From Solirubrobacteraceae bacterium (GTDB lineage Bacteria > Actinomycetota > Thermoleophilia > Solirubrobacterales > Solirubrobacteraceae), in the NCBI GenBank assembly GCA_035717845.1, contig DASTIC010000043.1, forward strand, positions 10,641-74,640: 64,000 bases of DNA, given 5' to 3'. Made by a program: the position numbers and the translations under genes. Under the pieces are notes generated by a model. That model had not been told where the DNA came from. It saw nothing but the letters and a program-made list of their open reading frames with translations, and ran no database searches. Numbering within the stretch: position 1 is the first letter of the stretch; every line of letters begins with the position of its first letter. Of this stretch, positions 51,294-61,608 are shown one piece after another.

Positions 51294-51410
51294 CTACTGG
51301 CCGACCATCTCGGGGTGGTGCTCCTGGACGTGCTGCTCGACCTTGGCGACCAGCTCGTCGTCGGTCTCGGCCTCGACGTCAGTGCCGCACACGCAGTGGA
51401 CGACCTTCAT
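51294..51410 (-). CDS. Small 38-aa protein resembling the DUF1059 family
   Basis: MKVVHCVCGTDVEAETDDELVAKVEQHVQEHHPEMVGQ was read from the reverse complement. It is below the track size cut-off. Confidence 0.5.
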   Translation of the reverse strand: MKVVHCVCGTDVEAETDDELVAKVEQHVQEHHPEMVGQ

Positions 51411-51432
51411 GGCGATCCATTCCTTCGGGACG

Positions 51433-51771
51433 TCAATCATCGCGCACGGCGCGCGCCTGGGCGGCATCCATCCACATCTCCCAGCGCCCCGACGCCGAGC
51501 TGCGCTCGTCGAGGAACCGATACGGGCGCCGCCCGCCGAACTCGGTGTGCCGCAGGTGAGAGACGCCGCCGAGAACGGACGCGATCCGCCGCCGCGGCCA
51601 CCCGATCGAGTCCTCGATCTCGGGAAAGGTGCGAGGCCGGTCGGGCGCCCGCGCGAGCCCGTGCAGCAGCTCGCGCATGAGGTCGCTGCACCGGTCGTGG
51701 AACCGAGCGATCTCGCCGGGGTCGGTCATCGCATTGTCTGGCGCGTGCTCGGCGAACGTCAACGGCGGCAT
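51433..51771 (-). CDS. Hypothetical protein
   Basis: MPPLTFAEHAPDNAMTDPGEIARFHDRCSDLMRELLHGLA...WEMWMDAAQARAVRDD. The 44 aa upstream in the track ORF are a translation of repeat DNA. Confidence 0.45.
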   Translation of the reverse strand: MPPLTFAEHAPDNAMTDPGEIARFHDRCSDLMRELLHGLARAPDRPRTFPEIEDSIGWPRRRIASVLGGVSHLRHTEFGGRRPYRFLDERSSASGRWEMWMDAAQARAVRDD

Positions 51772-51790
51772 TGAGGGAAGGCTCGGGAGG

Positions 51791-51903
51791 GTGCATAACG
51801 TCGACCTCACGATGGCGCTGCTTGTGAGGTCGACGAAATGCACGCTATAGGGGCATAACGTCGACCTCACGCGCCCGAGAGCCGTGCGGTCGACGAAATG
51901 CAC
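51791..51903. repeat. Two tandem 53-bp imperfect palindromes (60-bp period)
   Basis: Unit 1 has arms GTGCATAACGTCGACCTCAC (51791-51810) and GTGAGGTCGACGAAATGCAC (51824-51843), with 18 of 20 positions complementary. Unit 2 has arms at 51851-51870 and 51884-51903, with 16 of 20 complementary. Both loops are 13 nt. Confidence 0.75.
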
Positions 51904-51919
51904 CCTCGCCGCGGCAGGC

Positions 51920-51954
51920 TCCCCACGCCTCCCTACCCAGCCGCAGTTGACGTT
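51920..51954. repeat. Second copy of the TCCCCAC...CCTCCCTACCCAGC(C)GCAGTTGACGTT module
   Basis: The 27-mer at 51928-51954 equals the 26-mer at 3486-3511 apart from a single-base indel. TCCCCAC is also shared (51920-51926 and 3463-3469). Confidence 0.6.
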
Positions 51955-53357
51955 GCCGGAAGCACCACCGAGAAGACGGCCCCACCGCCATTGGTGTTCG
52001 CGGCATCCACCGACCCCCCATGGGCGTCGACGATCGCGGCGACGATGGCGAGCCCTAACCCGGCGCCCGCCTTGCCCCGCTCGCGGCCGCCCTCGGCGCG
52101 CCAGAAGCGCTCGAAGAGCGCTGCGGGGTCCTCGCTCGGGAGCCCGGGGCCGTGGTCGCGGACCGCCAGCCGCACCGCGCCGTCGGAGCCCGCCACCGAG
52201 ACCTCGATCGGGCTTCCCGGCGGCGTGTGGACGAGGGCGTTGCGGAGCAGGTTGCCGAGGACCTGGCGGAGCTGGTGGGCGTCGCCCATGACGACCGGCT
52301 CGCCGTCCCGGACCAGCTCGATCTCCCGGTCTGGGGCCGTGGCGCGGGCGTCGTCGACCGCGTCGCCGGCAAGCGTGTCGAGCCGCACCTCGGTGTGCGG
52401 CGCCTCGGCGATCTCGTCGAGCCGCGCCAGGGTCAGCAGGTCCTCGACGAGCACCCCCATGCGGGCCGCCTCGTCCTCGACGCGCCGCATCGACCGCTCG
52501 ACCTCCTCGCCCTCGCGCGCGGCGCCCATCCGGTAGAGCTCGGCGTAGCCGCGGATCGAGGCGAGCGGCGTGCGCAGCTCGTGGGACGCGTCGGCGAGGA
52601 AGCGGCGCAGGCGGTCCTCGCTCGCCTGCCGCTCGGAGAACGCGCGCTCGAGCCGGTCGAGCATCGCGTTCAGCGCGATGCCGAGGCGGCCCACCTCGGT
52701 GCGCGGGTCGGTCGACTCGACGCGGCGGGAGAGGTCGCCGCCGGCGATCGCACCCGCGGTGTGGCCGATGCGGTCGAGCGGCAGCAGGCCGACCCGCACC
52801 ACGGCCCAGGCGACCGCCCCGAGCACGATCAGCACGACCGCGATCACGAGCGCTTCGAGCAGGAGCAGCCGCTGGAGCGCGTCGTCGATGTCGGTCATCG
52901 GCGCGGCCACGACCGTCACCCCGTGCGGGTCGGGCACCGCGTAGACGCGGTAGCGCGTGTCGTCGCCGTTCTCGCCCGAGACGGTGAACGGGCGCTCGAG
53001 CGGGAGGTCGGCCGGCAGGGCGGGGTCGGCCGACGTCTCGTCGTTGAAGTCGAGGTCCCGGCTCCCCAGCACCTTGCCGGAGGCGTCGCGCCGCTCGACA
53101 TAGGTGCCGAGCGGCAGCCCCTCACCGGGAGGCGGGCCGCCGCGGGGGCCGGGCCCTCGGCGGCCGCGGCCGGCATCCTCGACGCCCCGTTCCTCGAGCG
53201 CGCCGACCGCCGCCCCCTGCGCCCCGCGGAGATCCTCGTCGAGGCGGTCGAGCAGGTACGAGCGCTGCCCGAAGTACGTGATCCCGCCGAGCAGGAGCAG
53301 CCCCACGGCCGTCAGCGCGAGCAGCGCGGCGATCAGCCGCGAGCGCAGCGAGGCCAT
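51933..53357 (-). CDS. Sensor histidine kinase (TM-HAMP-HisKA-HATPase, OmpR-partner type)
   Basis: MASLRSRLIAALLALTAVGLLLL...FLADASHELRTPL (H-box)...NALVHTP...GLGLAIV. The ATG at 53357 shares one base with the regulator stop (TGATG). Confidence 0.88.
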   Translation of the reverse strand: MASLRSRLIAALLALTAVGLLLLGGITYFGQRSYLLDRLDEDLRGAQGAAVGALEERGVEDAGRGRRGPGPRGGPPPGEGLPLGTYVERRDASGKVLGSRDLDFNDETSADPALPADLPLERPFTVSGENGDDTRYRVYAVPDPHGVTVVAAPMTDIDDALQRLLLLEALVIAVVLIVLGAVAWAVVRVGLLPLDRIGHTAGAIAGGDLSRRVESTDPRTEVGRLGIALNAMLDRLERAFSERQASEDRLRRFLADASHELRTPLASIRGYAELYRMGAAREGEEVERSMRRVEDEAARMGVLVEDLLTLARLDEIAEAPHTEVRLDTLAGDAVDDARATAPDREIELVRDGEPVVMGDAHQLRQVLGNLLRNALVHTPPGSPIEVSVAGSDGAVRLAVRDHGPGLPSEDPAALFERFWRAEGGRERGKAGAGLGLAIVAAIVDAHGGSVDAANTNGGGAVFSVVLPATSTAAG

Positions 53358-54055
53358 CAGACCCGCGGCGGGCGCAGCGCGTACCCGACGCCGCGCACGG
53401 TCTGGATCAGCGGCGGGCCGTGGGCGTCGAGCTTCTTGCGCAGGTAGCTCACGTACGTCTCCAGCACGCGGGCGTCGCCGCCGAAGTCGTAGTCCCACAC
53501 GTGCTCGAGCAGCTGTGTGCGGGTCAGCACCCGGCGCGGGTTGAGGAGCAGGTAGCGGAGCAGCCGGTACTCGGTGGCCGTGAGGTCGACCGGAGCGCCG
53601 GAGCGCGTGACCTCGCGGGCGTCCTCGTCGAGCTCGACGTCCTCGAAGGTCAACCGGCTCGACTCGGGCTCGGCGAGCCCGGCGCGCCGCAGGATGGTGC
53701 GGATGCGCGCGACGAGCTCCTCGAGGCTGAACGGCTTGGTCACGTAGTCGTCGCCGCCGAGCGTGAGGCCGCGGATCTTGTCCTCGGTGGCGTCGCGCGC
53801 GGTCAGGAAGATGATGGGGACGCGGTTGCGCTGGGCGCCGAGCCGCTGGGCGACGTCGAAGCCCTCCATGTCGGGCAGCATCACGTCGAGCACGATCAGG
53901 TCGGGACGGAAGGTGGACACGGCGGACAGCGCCGCCGCCCCGGTCCCCGCCGACTCGACCTCGAAGCCCTGGAAGCGGAGGGCCATCGTGATGACGTCGA
54001 CGATGTTCGGCTCGTCGTCGACGACGAGGACGCGGTGCGGAGCAGTGTGGTTCAT
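53357..54055 (-). CDS. Response regulator, OmpR/PhoB family
   Basis: RVLVVDDEPNI...DLIVLDVMLPDMEGF...DDYVTKPFSLEEL, followed by a winged-helix C-terminus. Confidence 0.92.
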   Translation of the reverse strand: MNHTAPHRVLVVDDEPNIVDVITMALRFQGFEVESAGTGAAALSAVSTFRPDLIVLDVMLPDMEGFDVAQRLGAQRNRVPIIFLTARDATEDKIRGLTLGGDDYVTKPFSLEELVARIRTILRRAGLAEPESSRLTFEDVELDEDAREVTRSGAPVDLTATEYRLLRYLLLNPRRVLTRTQLLEHVWDYDFGGDARVLETYVSYLRKKLDAHGPPLIQTVRGVGYALRPPRV

Positions 54056-54116
54056 GGATGCAGTCTCGGCCCGCCGGCTCGACGGTTCCTTTGAGTTTCC
54101 TGGGAACTTCCTGAGA

Positions 54117-54893
54117 TCAGCGTACGTCCCGCGGCGGCCGCTTGGCCAGCACGCGGGCGGCGATGCCCGACTGGGTGGCGCGCCCGTAGGCGTCGCCGGT
54201 GCCGCTCGTGAGCACGGCCAGCGCGATCCGGCGGCCGTCGCGCTCGAGCAGCGCGACCTGGTGGGCGATCCGGGTCCGCCAGCCGCCCTTGAACATGATC
54301 GTGAAGCCGCGCTCCTCCGCGACCGGCGCGATGCCCCAGCGCTGCGAGCCGACGATCGACGCCAGCAGGCGGCGCAGGTAGGAGCGGTGGCGGCGCGGCG
54401 CGAGGCGGTCGATCCGGATGAAGAGCCGCGCCTGGTCGGCGGCCGTGAGCTGGGCGTCGGCCCAGTGGCCGACGTCGGCGAAGCGCGTCATGCCGGCGAC
54501 CTCGGCCAGCCGTTCCAGGCCGGAGCCTCCCACGCGGCGGTAGACGGTGCTGGCGGCCGCGTTGTCGGAGACGCGGATCATCGGCCCGAGCAGCTCCAGC
54601 TCGCTCGACGTCAGCTCGCGCCCGCGGGCCGACCGCACGACCGCGAGCGCCAGCATCGCCTTGACCACGCTGGCCGACGGGTAGCGCCGGTCGACGGCCA
54701 CGCCGCGGATGCGCCGGCCGTCCGCGACCGCGAACGACACCGAGCCGCTCCGCTCCCGCGCCCACCGCTTCGCGTCCTCCACCCCGCCCCACGCGACGAG
54801 CCGCGGCGCCGGCGCCGGCGGCACCGCCGTCGCCGTCCTCGCCTCTCCCGCCGCAAGCAGTGCGAGCGCCGTCGCCGCCAGAGCGCGCTTCAC
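54117..54893 (-). CDS. Class A beta-lactamase-fold serine hydrolase (secreted)
   Basis: SASVVK (SxxK), SDN and KGG (KTG-like), with a signal-like [16 protein letters not shown] from GTG at 54893. Confidence 0.7.
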   Translation of the reverse strand: MKRALAATALALLAAGEARTATAVPPAPAPRLVAWGGVEDAKRWARERSGSVSFAVADGRRIRGVAVDRRYPSASVVKAMLALAVVRSARGRELTSSELELLGPMIRVSDNAAASTVYRRVGGSGLERLAEVAGMTRFADVGHWADAQLTAADQARLFIRIDRLAPRRHRSYLRRLLASIVGSQRWGIAPVAEERGFTIMFKGGWRTRIAHQVALLERDGRRIALAVLTSGTGDAYGRATQSGIAARVLAKRPPRDVR

Positions 54894-54961
54894 GGGACGA
54901 CCACGGCGTCGAGGTCCGCCACGCCACGCATCATGCCGGTTCCGTGTGAGGATGCCGGGCA

Positions 54962-55584
54962 ATGCGCACCAGCGATCTCGTGCACCGCGAGCGCCCCGCG
55001 GACGGCGATCCGGCCGGCCTGCTCGTCCTCCACCACGGCCGCGGGGCCGACGAGAACGACCTGCTCGGCCTGGCCGACGTGCTCGACCCCGAGCGGCGGC
55101 TGCACGCCGTCACCCCCCGCGCGCCGCTCCAGCTGCCCGGCTGGCCGGGGCACCACTGGTACGTGGTGCCGCGCGTCGGCTACCCGGACCCCGACACCTT
55201 CCACGCCGCGTACCGCAAGCTGTCCACCCTCCACGACGGGCTGTGGGAGCGCACCGGCCTCGCGCCGGAGCAGACCGTGTTCGGCGGCTTCTCGATGGGG
55301 TCGGTGATGAGCTACGCGCTCGGCCTCGGGCCGGACCGGCCCGCGCCCGCCGGGATCCTGGCGTTCTCCGGCTTCATCCCCACCGTCGAGGGCTGGGAGC
55401 CCGACCTCGCCTCCCGCCAGGGCACCCGCGGCTTCATCGCCCACGGCCGCAACGACCCGGTGATGCAGGTCGACTTCGCCCGCCGGGCCCGCGACCTGCT
55501 CGAGGCGGGCGGCCTGCCGGTCGAGTTCCACGAGTCCGAGGCCGGCCACCACATCGATCCCGACCACATCCCCCCGGCCGTCGA

Positions 55585-55606
<22 letters not shown>
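54962..55606 (+). CDS. Phospholipase/carboxylesterase family alpha/beta hydrolase
   Basis: [12 protein letters not shown] is a GxSxG motif, and ...AHGRNDPV...GHHI completes the Ser-Asp-His triad context. Confidence 0.8.
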
Positions 55607-57260
<1,654 letters not shown>

Positions 57261-57264
<4 letters not shown>

Positions 57265-58214
57265 GCCGCTATCTCGTCACCGGCGCCTACGGCGCGATCG
57301 GCGCGTGGACGCTGCGCGCGCTGCTCGACCGCGGGCACGAGACGATCGCGTTCGACCTCGGCGAGCAGGCACCGCGGCTCGCGATCGCGCTCGAACCCGA
57401 GCAGGCCGCGCGGGTCGTGCGCGTGCGCGGCGACATCACCGACCTCCAGCTCGTGGAGCGGGTCCTGGACGAGCACGCCGTCACCCACGTGATCCACCTC
57501 GCCGCGCTCCAGGTGCCGTTCGTGCGCGCCAACCCGCCGCTCGGCGCGGCGGTCGACGTCCTCGGCACCGTCAACGTGTTCGAGGCGGTGCGGCGCCGCC
57601 GCGACCGGATCGCCCCCGTGGTCTACGCCTCCTCGATCGCCGCGCTCGGCGACGGGGAGCACCCCAGCACGCTCTACGGCGTGTTCAAGTGGGCCAACGA
57701 AGGGACGGCCGAGCGCTACTTCGAGGACTACGGGGTGTCGTCGATCGGCCTCCGCCCGCACACCGTCTACGGCCCCGGCCGCGACCAGGGCCTGACCTCG
57801 GCGCCGACCACGGCGATGGTCGCGGCCGCCGCCGGGGTGCGCTTCCACATCCCCTTCGGCGGCAGCGTGCAGATGCAGTACACGGCCGACGTCGGCGAGG
57901 CGTTCGCGCGCGCCAGCGAGCTCGACTACCGCGGCGCGTCCGTGCACAACCTCGACGGTCCCGTCGTCTCGATGCCCGAGCTGCTCGAGCTGCTCACCGA
58001 GGCCGTCCCCGAGGCGGCCAAGCTGATCACGGCAGACCGCGACCCCCTGCCGTTCCCGGCCGAGGTCGACCACGCGTCGTGGCTCGAGCTGGTCGGCGAG
58101 CCGGTCATGCGGCCGATCGAAGCCGGGGTGGCCGACGCGATCGAGCGCTTCCGCGCGCTGCTGGCCGACGGCCGCGTCAGCCCGCCCTCCAGGGGAGGCC
58201 GCGCCGGAGGGTGA
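57261..58214 (+). CDS. NAD-dependent epimerase/dehydratase (extended SDR)
   Basis: [21 protein letters not shown] has a GxxGxxG motif, and YGVFK is YxxxK. The ATG overlaps the ilvD stop (ATGA). Confidence 0.8.
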
Positions 58215-58923
58215 ACACGTGCACGGGCGCGTCGGTCTCCGCGGCCTCGTCGGCCGCACGGCCGGGGTGCTCGGTGTTGCCGTCGAACAGGTCCCAGTGG
58301 ATCGGGACGAGCACGGATGCGCCGATGCGGACGGCGAGCGCGACGGCGTCGCGCGCGTCGAGGTTGCCGGCGAGGTCGGCCTGCTCGCGGAAGTACGTAC
58401 GGCCGTTGACGGGCAGCAAGGCGACGTCGACGCTCAGCCGCTCCAGGGCGGCCACCACCGCGTCGGTGACCAGCGTGTCGCCGGCGTGGTACAGCGCCAC
58501 GCCGTCGAGGTCGAGCACGTAGCCCACGAACCGCGGGTCGTCCGTGTAGCCGTCGCGCGGGTGGAGGGCGTGCACGGCCGGCACGACGCTCGCCGACCCG
58601 GCTTCGCCGAGCGGCACGCGGTCCCCGCGCGCCACGCCCACCAAGGCCGCGTCCGGCACCGCCTCGCGCACCATCGCCTCCAGCGGCGCCGGGGCGACGA
58701 CGGTCAGCGCGTCGCTGCGCTCGGCCACCGCCCGCAGCGACGCGGGGTCGAAGTGGTCGAGGTGCTCGTGGGTGATCAGCACCCAGTCGACGTCGCCCTC
58801 CACCGGCGGCGGCGGGTAGCGGCGCCCCTCGTGCTTGGAGAAGAACGGGTCGACGAGGATCCGGCGGCCGGCGGCCTCGAAGCGGAACCCCGCCTGCCCG
58901 AGCCATGTCACGACCGGCGCCAC
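58177..58923 (-). CDS. MBL-fold metallo-hydrolase
   Basis: VTWLGQAGFRF...VLITHEHLDHFD carries the HxHxDH motif. I prefer GTG at 58923 over ATG at 58959, which would overlap the divergent gene. Confidence 0.75.
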   Translation of the reverse strand: MAPVVTWLGQAGFRFEAAGRRILVDPFFSKHEGRRYPPPPVEGDVDWVLITHEHLDHFDPASLRAVAERSDALTVVAPAPLEAMVREAVPDAALVGVARGDRVPLGEAGSASVVPAVHALHPRDGYTDDPRFVGYVLDLDGVALYHAGDTLVTDAVVAALERLSVDVALLPVNGRTYFREQADLAGNLDARDAVALAVRIGASVLVPIHWDLFDGNTEHPGRAADEAAETDAPVHVFTLRRGLPWRAG

Positions 58924-58945
58924 GGCGCGAGGATACTGTTGGCGG

Positions 58946-59992
58946 GTGCAGGCGCTCATCACGGTCCCGGGGCATCCTGACTCGGCGGCGATCGCCGATC
59001 GCGCGGCACCCGACCTCGATCCGAGCGGCGTCGCGATCCGCGTGCTGGAGGTCGGGGTGTGCGGCACCGACCGCGAGATCGCCGCCGGCGAGTTCGGCGT
59101 CGCGCCGCCCGGCGAGGACGTGCTCGTGCTCGGGCACGAGCTGCTCGGCGAGGTGGCCGCCGACGGCCACGGCTTCACCAAGGGCGACCTCGTCAGCGCC
59201 ACCGTGCGGCGCTCGTGCGAGCGCTGCACGCCGTGCCTGGCGGGCTCGCCGGACGCGTGCGCGACCGGCGACTACGCCGAGCGCGGGATCACCGCGCTGC
59301 ACGGATTCGCCGCCGAGCTGGTGGTCGAGCGCGCCGAGCACGTGGTGGCGGTCCCGCCCGCTCTCGGCCGCCTCGGCGTGCTGGCCGAGCCGGCCTCGAT
59401 CTGCGCGCGCGGGATCCGCCACGCGCTCGCGATCGGCGCGCGCCAGCCGTGGGAGCCGCAGCGGGCGCTGGTGATCGGCGCCGGCGCGATCGGGATGCTG
59501 GCCGCGTACATGCTCCGGCTCGCCGACTTCGAGGTGTGGGTCGCGGCGCGCAGCCCGGCCGGCAGCGACAAGGCGCAGCTGGTGGAGGCCGCCGGAGCGC
59601 GCTACCTCTCGACGGCCGAGACCGCGCTCGAGGACGCGGGCCGCTTCGACCTCGTGATCGAGGCGGCCGGGAGCGCCGAGCTGATGCTCGCGGGCGCCGG
59701 CGTGCTGCGGCGCAACGGCGTCGCCTGCCTGCTCGGGCTCGACGCCCACCCGCACTCGCTGTCGGTCGACGCCGCGCTGTTCGGGGTCGACTTCGTGATC
59801 GAGAACCGCGTGCTGTTCGGCAGCGTCAACGCCCACAAGCAGGACTGGGCGGCCGGCGTCCGCGAGCTCGAGGAGATGCGGCTCCGGTGGCCTGAGGCGC
59901 TCGAGCGGATGGTCGGCCGGCGCGTGGCTCCCGACCGCTTCCACGACGCGTTCGAGTTCCGGGGCGTCAAGGCGACGTTGCTGTTCGACTGA
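58946..59992 (+). CDS. Zn-dependent glucose 1-dehydrogenase-like MDR oxidoreductase
   Basis: IRVLEVGVCGTDREI...GHELLGEV...CERCTPCLAGSPDAC (structural Zn Cys cluster)...VIGAGAIGML. Confidence 0.8.
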   Translation: MQALITVPGHPDSAAIADRAAPDLDPSGVAIRVLEVGVCGTDREIAAGEFGVAPPGEDVLVLGHELLGEVAADGHGFTKGDLVSATVRRSCERCTPCLAGSPDACATGDYAERGITALHGFAAELVVERAEHVVAVPPALGRLGVLAEPASICARGIRHALAIGARQPWEPQRALVIGAGAIGMLAAYMLRLADFEVWVAARSPAGSDKAQLVEAAGARYLSTAETALEDAGRFDLVIEAAGSAELMLAGAGVLRRNGVACLLGLDAHPHSLSVDAALFGVDFVIENRVLFGSVNAHKQDWAAGVRELEEMRLRWPEALERMVGRRVAPDRFHDAFEFRGVKATLLFD

Positions 59993-60010
59993 CCCGGGTA
60001 GCCAGCGGGC

Positions 60011-60784
60011 ATGGAGCTGAAGAACCGGACCATCCTCGTCACCGGATCCAACCGCGGCATCGGCCACGCGCTCTGCGCGCGCCTGATCTCCGAGCCGGTG
60101 CGGCTGCTCGCCGGCGTGCGCGACCTGAACCGGTTCGAGCCGTTCCCGGGCGGCGTCGCCGAGGTGGTGCCCGTGCGGATGGACCTCGCGAGCCGCGAGT
60201 CGATCGAGGCGTGCGCGGCGGAGCTGGGCGAGGAGCTGGAGCGCGTGGACGTGCTCGTCAACAACGCGGGCGAGTGGGTTGGCGGCCCCCTGGCCGACAC
60301 GAGCGAGGACGACATCTACGAGGTCGTGCAGGCCAACCTGGCGGCGACGCTCCACCTCACCCGCTTCGTGCTGCCGCACATGCTGCGCCGCCGCGACGGC
60401 AAGATCGTCAACCAGTCGAGCATCGTCGCCTACAACCACTTCCCCGGCACCGCGGTCTACTCGGCGACCAAGGCCGGGATCACGGCGCTGACCAACGCGC
60501 TGCGGCGCGAGCTGGAGGGCAGCGGAGTCACCACGCTCGAGCTCATCACCGGCGGCACCGACACCGACATGCTCGATCAGGCGGCGGCCGACCTCGGCCC
60601 GCACACGGACACCTCGAAGTGGGAGTCCCGCGACCCGGACGAGTGGGCGGACATGATCGTCGCGGCGATCGAGGACGACGACGAGCGGCTCGAGCCGAGC
60701 GGCAAGAGCAAGCTCGCGCGGCTGGCCGGCGCCGCGCCGTCCGGGCTGATGGACCAGGTCTCGAAGCGCGTCTTCGACCGCTGA
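60011..60784 (+). CDS. SDR family oxidoreductase
   Basis: TILVTGSNRGIGHAL, NNAG and YSATKAG (YxxxK). Confidence 0.85.
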   Translation: MELKNRTILVTGSNRGIGHALCARLISEPVRLLAGVRDLNRFEPFPGGVAEVVPVRMDLASRESIEACAAELGEELERVDVLVNNAGEWVGGPLADTSEDDIYEVVQANLAATLHLTRFVLPHMLRRRDGKIVNQSSIVAYNHFPGTAVYSATKAGITALTNALRRELEGSGVTTLELITGGTDTDMLDQAAADLGPHTDTSKWESRDPDEWADMIVAAIEDDDERLEPSGKSKLARLAGAAPSGLMDQVSKRVFDR

Positions 60785-60800
60785 GTTACGCTGCCGCGCC

Positions 60801-61580
60801 GTGGCGCCCGACGTCCGCGTGGTCACGTTCAACGCCGCGGCGGGCAACCCGCGCATCACCACGCGCCAGGCCGACTTCCTCCAGCTCCCGTTCTACCGCG
60901 AGGCGCTGGAGAGCGTCCCGGGCGCCCCGCTGCTGGCGCTCCAGGAGGTGGGCGACGAGCAGGCGGCGGCGCTGCGCCGGACTGCCGCCGCCCGCGCCGG
61001 ACGCGTGCTCCAGATGCGCCGCCCCAAGCTCGGCAACGCCCTCGTCATCCCCGACCGGTACCTGGTCCTCTCCCACCGGCGCAACTACTACGTCGTCCCG
61101 CAGCTGCGCGGGATCCTCGACGGCCTCCGCGGCCGGCGCCCCAACTGGCGCCAGTTCGGCGAGCTGCGGATGTGGATCGAGGCCCGGTTACGCGACCGCC
61201 ACACGGGCCGCGACCTCACGCTCCTGACTACGCACATCTCGGCCGACGGCAGCCTCAAGGTCCCGCAGACAAAGGCGATCGTGGGCCGAGCGCTGGCCGC
61301 GGCCGCCCGAGGCCCCGTGATCCTGGCCGGCGACTTCAACGTGCCCGCGCACAACCCGCGCGGCCGCGACGTCGAGGCCGCCGCGCTGATCGCCCGGCTG
61401 CGCGACGTCGGGACCGCGAAGCCGCCGGGCCGCGAGAACATCGACTACGTGCTGACCGCCGGCTTCGAGCCGGTCTCCTCGCGGCTGTGGACGGGCGACT
61501 CGCTGTCGCTGCCCGGCAGCCCGAACGCGGAGACGGTCAGCGACCACTACGCCGAGGACGACGTCGTCCGCTACAGCTAG
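60801..61580 (+). CDS. Endonuclease/exonuclease/phosphatase (EEP) family protein
   Basis: VRVVTFNAA...LALQEV...LLTTHI...ILAGDFNVP...VSDHY, in canonical EEP motif order. Confidence 0.8.
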   Translation: MAPDVRVVTFNAAAGNPRITTRQADFLQLPFYREALESVPGAPLLALQEVGDEQAAALRRTAAARAGRVLQMRRPKLGNALVIPDRYLVLSHRRNYYVVPQLRGILDGLRGRRPNWRQFGELRMWIEARLRDRHTGRDLTLLTTHISADGSLKVPQTKAIVGRALAAAARGPVILAGDFNVPAHNPRGRDVEAAALIARLRDVGTAKPPGRENIDYVLTAGFEPVSSRLWTGDSLSLPGSPNAETVSDHYAEDDVVRYS

Positions 61581-61608
61581 CCCCGGGAGCGCCGATGATC
61601 CGGGTGCC

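Noticed and set aside
51791-51903. Possible mini CRISPR array
   Set aside because: There are only two repeat units and each is an internal palindrome. The sequence between units is 7 nt, so there are no spacers, and no cas genes lie nearby.
51772-51903. N-terminal 44 aa of track ORF 51433..51903, with the repeated peptide VHFVD...RSTLC
   Set aside because: The repetition simply mirrors the tandem palindromic DNA. The codon pattern is atypical, and a plausible ATG at 51771 lies downstream of the repeats.
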